In this document: positions 60,586 through 64,000 of the stretch, in pieces
Numbering within the stretch: the first letter of the stretch is position 1
How the letters are laid out: each line of letters begins with the position of its first letter
NCBI GenBank assembly: GCA_964188305.1
Contig: OZ076885.1
Direction: 5' to 3' (one strand)
From: Podarcis bocagei
Lineage: Eukaryota
Length of the DNA stretch: 64,000 nucleotides
Program-made: the position numbers and the translations under genes
The notes under the pieces: model-generated
The model's input: the letters and a program-made list of their open reading frames with translations, nothing else
What the model was told of the DNA's origin: nothing
The model's database searches: none

Positions 60586-60820
60586 CAAGAGGGGGGACCT
60601 GTAGTTGTTCAGATGTTGCTGGACTCCAACTCCCATCATGGCCAATGGTCAGGAATGATGAGAGTTATGAAATCAATGAACTGCTTTTAGAATGCTGTGT
60701 CACTTTTATTGTTGTTAGCTGCTCTGAGCCCAGCTTTGGCTGGGGAGGACAGGATATAAATAAAATATTATTGTTATTATTATTATCCAGCATCTGGACA
60801 ACCACAGGTTCCCCACCCTT
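60586..60820. mobile_element. hAT-like MITE interrupted by a retroposon 3' tail
   Basis: MITE arms cagatgttgctggactccaactcccatca and catctggacaaccacaggttcccc flank a ~115-nt insert ending ggatataaataaaa(tat)n. Confidence 0.65.
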
Positions 60821-62080
60821 TCTATGACATCCTTCCCCCAGAACAGCAAAAGGTTCACCTTTTTCATTACAAAGTGTTACAGAGCATCACACAATATGCT
60901 CACAAGTCACTAATCTTTGTATCAAAGCAGAAACATCCTATCTTTAGTATGGCTGGCATAACACTGGCCCTGCCCTGTTTTATACAAAAGCCTGAAATGT
61001 ACATATTTATCAGATTTAAGGTTTTTCAACCTCTTTATTCCATGCTTGGATAACTTTCACGTGCCACATTTGTGTGCATCAGGCAGAGGAGCAAGTGGAT
61101 AAATGATGGAAGTGCCTGTATTAATACTTCCCTGTATTAATTCCCTGTATGCGCAATGATTCTTTTCAAGCCTTGCCAGAATCCTGGGTTAGATTAAATG
61201 TTGCTACTATACACAAGAGAAGACAAAACCCCACAACAGAGTGACAAACAAGGATGGCTTGAAAAGAAGTCATTAATTTAGCCAACTCAAGTTTTTCCAT
61301 CCTACTGCAGTTACTGAAGCAGTGAATGATCCAGCCACAGGGGGGGGGGGGAGTCACTTGCACACACACTGGTCCTTTAATACTTCCAATACTCAAGACA
61401 AAATGATAACAAAGTTGCTTAAGTTACATTTATTCCAATGTATCACTGAAGAAAGAACCAGCTGTTTCTGTACTTCATCTTCCTACTGTCAAGATGCAAC
61501 CAGGATTTTGAAAGCTTTTTCCTTCCCCAAGTAAAAACATTAAGCTTATTTCCTGCATAAAGCAGCACATTTAACATGCAACTATACATTTGATCGGGGG
61601 GGGGGGGGGAAATAGATCAGTACAAAGTTCAGTGGCTGGCATTCAAGATATACGTCATTACATCCCCCCACCCCTATAACCCACTAAATCCAGCAGAACC
61701 TGTAGACATATTCAGTACCCACAGTAGAACCAATCTTCAAAACACCATGAGAGCACTTTAAGGTCATTGTACACACACACACACAAATGTGAGTTGTGTT
61801 TTATTTTCAGTGCCCAAACAGACAAGCCTCTGTTAACTTGTATAATAAAGGAAGCTGAGGCAAAGTGTAATTCCCATCATTTCCACACCATTCTCTGATT
61901 CCAGAATGAGCCTATACACTTTTAAAATATGTTAATAATAACCTAGCATGCTTCTTCAGACATAAATTTTAAAATGATCCAATTTCTGATTGCAAATTGT
62001 AATTTAGACCCATGTTTATGAGAAATAGAACCAAAATCCGAGCGGGTCAAGCTACCAGCATTAAATAAATTTAAATATAC

Positions 62081-62187
62081 CTTTGTGATTAAATCAACAT
62101 AGCCTCTCACTTCATCACTAGAAACTGGAGTGTAGGCCCGGATCACAAGGTTACCGTCCACTTTGGCAGAGAGATACACATGTTGGC
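62081..62187 (-). CDS. CYB5R2: CYB5R2 exon, (G)[35 protein letters not shown] (1/0)
   Basis: cctag|GC...AAG|gtatat, 107 nt. Confidence 0.97.
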
Positions 62188-62263
62188 CTAGGTGGGAGAA
62201 ACTGTTAACTTTTCATTCCAAAGTTCATAATAGCATTAACAAACTAGCTAAACTGTTGGGCTG

Positions 62264-62423
62264 NNNNNNNNNNNNNNNNNNNNNNNNNNNNNNNNNNNNN
62301 NNNNNNNNNNNNNNNNNNNNNNNNNNNNNNNNNNNNNNNNNNNNNNNNNNNNNNNNNNNNNNNNNNNNNNNNNNNNNNNNNNNNNNNNNNNNNNNNNNNN
62401 NNNNNNNNNNNNNNNNNNNNNNN
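62264..62423. other. Assembly gap (160 N) inside a CYB5R2 intron
   Basis: Run of N; flanking exons are consecutive in the protein, so no constitutive coding exon is missing. Confidence 0.99.
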
Positions 62424-62676
62424 ATAAGCTTGAAAACACGTGGAAATCAATTTCAGGAAGATGAGGAATTGGAAACCAACACAATCTCACATTATGCTTG
62501 CAAACATCATTATTTTTAAGCTGTTACGCCAAGAAAAGTCTGTACAATCTTAATTTGCCTCCACTGACATTGGAGTTGAATCAGTTCTGAAGAGTTTCCA
62601 GAGTGATTTTCCAGAGATGGGGTGCTGTCACCCAAAAGGCTCTGTGTTAGAAATCATAATATGCAGCCATGCTTAC

Positions 62677-62749
62677 CTACAGGCAAGCCCAATATATGTT
62701 TTGATGACGGAAGTTCAAACCGAAATCTCCTGGTATCATGACTGATCTC
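62677..62749 (-). CDS. CYB5R2: CYB5R2 exon, [24 protein letters not shown] (0/1)
   Basis: tacag|GAG...GTAG|gtaagc, 73 nt. Confidence 0.96.
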
Positions 62750-62924
62750 CTGTAAAAACACAAAAAGGTGGGTACTGTAGGATTATGCTATGTAACAAAA
62801 CATTCCAAAACTTCAAATTTTTAAAGTCACATAATACTCTTCATGGATTTGCTTTGATTAGCAGAATAGGCACTACTACAGGTGCCACATAATGCCCATT
62901 CCACATCTGTAAGAACTTGATTCT

Positions 62925-63000
62925 TTATTCCTGAATTGCAGGGGGTTGGACTAGATGACCCTTGGTGTACCTTCCAATTCTACAATTCTATCATTCTATG
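62925..63000 (+). mobile_element. CR1-type 3' terminus (CR1 LINE or CR1-tailed SINE)
   Basis: gggggttggactagatgacc...ccttccaattctacaattctatcattctatg, the typical CR1 hairpin plus ATTCTRTG tail. Confidence 0.8.
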
Positions 63001-63028
63001 GTCATCTAGTGTGGAAGCACCTACATTT

Positions 63029-63168
63029 TGCATGTAATCAGAACTGTTTTGTGTGCTTTCATCTCTTCACTTGTTTTTTCAATCTTGCTTCCCAGCCAAG
63101 CTCCTTAAAAAGCTTACAAGTAAAATTATACCCTTGGCAAACAATACCTTCCACTTCGCCTTAGCTTC
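63029..63168 (+). repeat. 140-bp dispersed direct repeat, copy 2
   Basis: Same length and orientation as 48476-48615, with long identical blocks. Confidence 0.92.
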
Positions 63169-63592
63169 TCCCCTGTTTTACTTCAGCCGATCATCTGGCA
63201 CCGACTTAAGATTGGCTTAAGAACAAAAGAGGGGCCAGGCTAGATCAATCTGGTGTGTTTTGCTTCCTACAGAGCTCAATCACATATTTCTGGGACACTT
63301 ATGTGCAGGACATAAAAGCATTTAGGCAAATCCATCTGACCCTGTTGGTCCAGCCACAGTAATTGCTTCCCCACTCTGTCCATGCTATGGCTGTTTAGGG
63401 ATGTGGCATTCTTCTTTCACTTGAAGAAAGTTACTTGGTTCATTACATTGCACAACAAATTCTGACGTAAGTCATGTCTCTGAAATAAAAGGAGCCATTT
63501 CTTATAGATCTTGAGGTGCTGAACACAAATGCAACAATGAAAACACAAAAATGACTACTGTGTAATAGAGATGTGCAAAGGTTTACTATACA

Positions 63593-63897
63593 CCGTATTT
63601 TTCGCTCTATAAGACACACTTTTCCCCTCCTAAAAAGTAAGGGGAAATGTGTGTGCGTCTTATGGAACAAATGCAGGCTGTGCAGCTATCGCTGAAGCCA
63701 GGAGAGCAAGAGGGATTGGTGCGCACCGATCCCTCTTGCTCTCCAGGGATAGCCACGCAAAGCCTCTTGAGCGCTGCGGGAGCGCTCCTCCCTCTTCGCT
63801 CAGGAGGCTTTGCGTTGCTTTCTTGTTTCTTGTTTTCCTCCTCTAAAAACTAGGTGTGTCTTATGGTCGGGTGTGTCTTATAGAGTGAAAAACACGG
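63593..63897. mobile_element. Tc1/mariner (Tc2/pogo-type) MITE
   Basis: CCGTATTTTTCGCTCTATAAGAC...GTCTTATAGAGTGAAAAACACGG; flanked by CA on both sides. Confidence 0.85.
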
Positions 63898-64000
63898 CAA
63901 TTGAAGAATGTGCACGTGACAACATGCATCGGTTAAGCCGGCTTCTACATCCAATGCCGCTTAGCCTGTCACTTGCATAGCTGTTCAGTAGCATCTCTGG

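Larger units (their letters stand above)
55200..62749 (-). other. CYB5R2: CYB5R2 gene body, 5'-incomplete (upstream exons lie beyond the window end)
   Basis: Seven phase-consistent exons encode the FAD-binding RAYTPVS and GKMS motifs, the NADH-binding GGTGITPM motif and CGPPPM; paralog assignment rests on synteny with PPFIBP2. Confidence 0.93.

Noticed and set aside
62163-62519. ORFs spanning the N run
   Set aside because: Artefacts of the assembly gap
1-64000. CRISPR arrays, rRNA, prokaryotic operons, endogenous viral ORFs, snoRNAs
   Set aside because: None recognised. Intronic snoRNAs or miRNAs cannot be excluded without an Rfam covariance-model scan

Overview
Vertebrate genomic DNA, AT-rich and intron-dominated. 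The repeat content (Penelope, RTE, CR1, L2, Tc1/mariner and hAT MITEs, tRNA-Lys-headed SINE) suggests a squamate, probably a lacertid lizard; this is inference. Two convergent genes occupy the window. On the + strand is most of PPFIBP2 (liprin-beta-2): 25 coding exons from 3185 to 51560, covering the coiled-coil region, linker and three SAM domains; the first coding exons lie upstream of the window. On the - strand are the last 7 coding exons of CYB5R2 (NADH-cytochrome b5 reductase 2, 62749 to 55200). Exon boundaries were read by hand and all splice phases chain without frameshift. Protein comparisons are to recalled human sequences, not database searches. Most notable: (1) a minimal hammerhead ribozyme at the 3' end of a young Penelope GIY-YIG fragment; (2) two 33-nt microexons, one encoding an RxRSxSxP Akt/14-3-3-type motif behind a ~165-nt AG-free, YGCY-rich tract; (3) a 183-nt coiled-coil cassette exon preceded by a palindromic GT/GC/AC microsatellite; (4) two alternative C-termini, with a possible frameshifted relic of the liprin-beta-1-type tail; (5) a GC-AG intron; (6) a 140-bp unexplained duplication shared by introns of both genes; (7) an overlapping bidirectional poly(A) signal. 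Almost all ORFs in the six-frame track are spurious.
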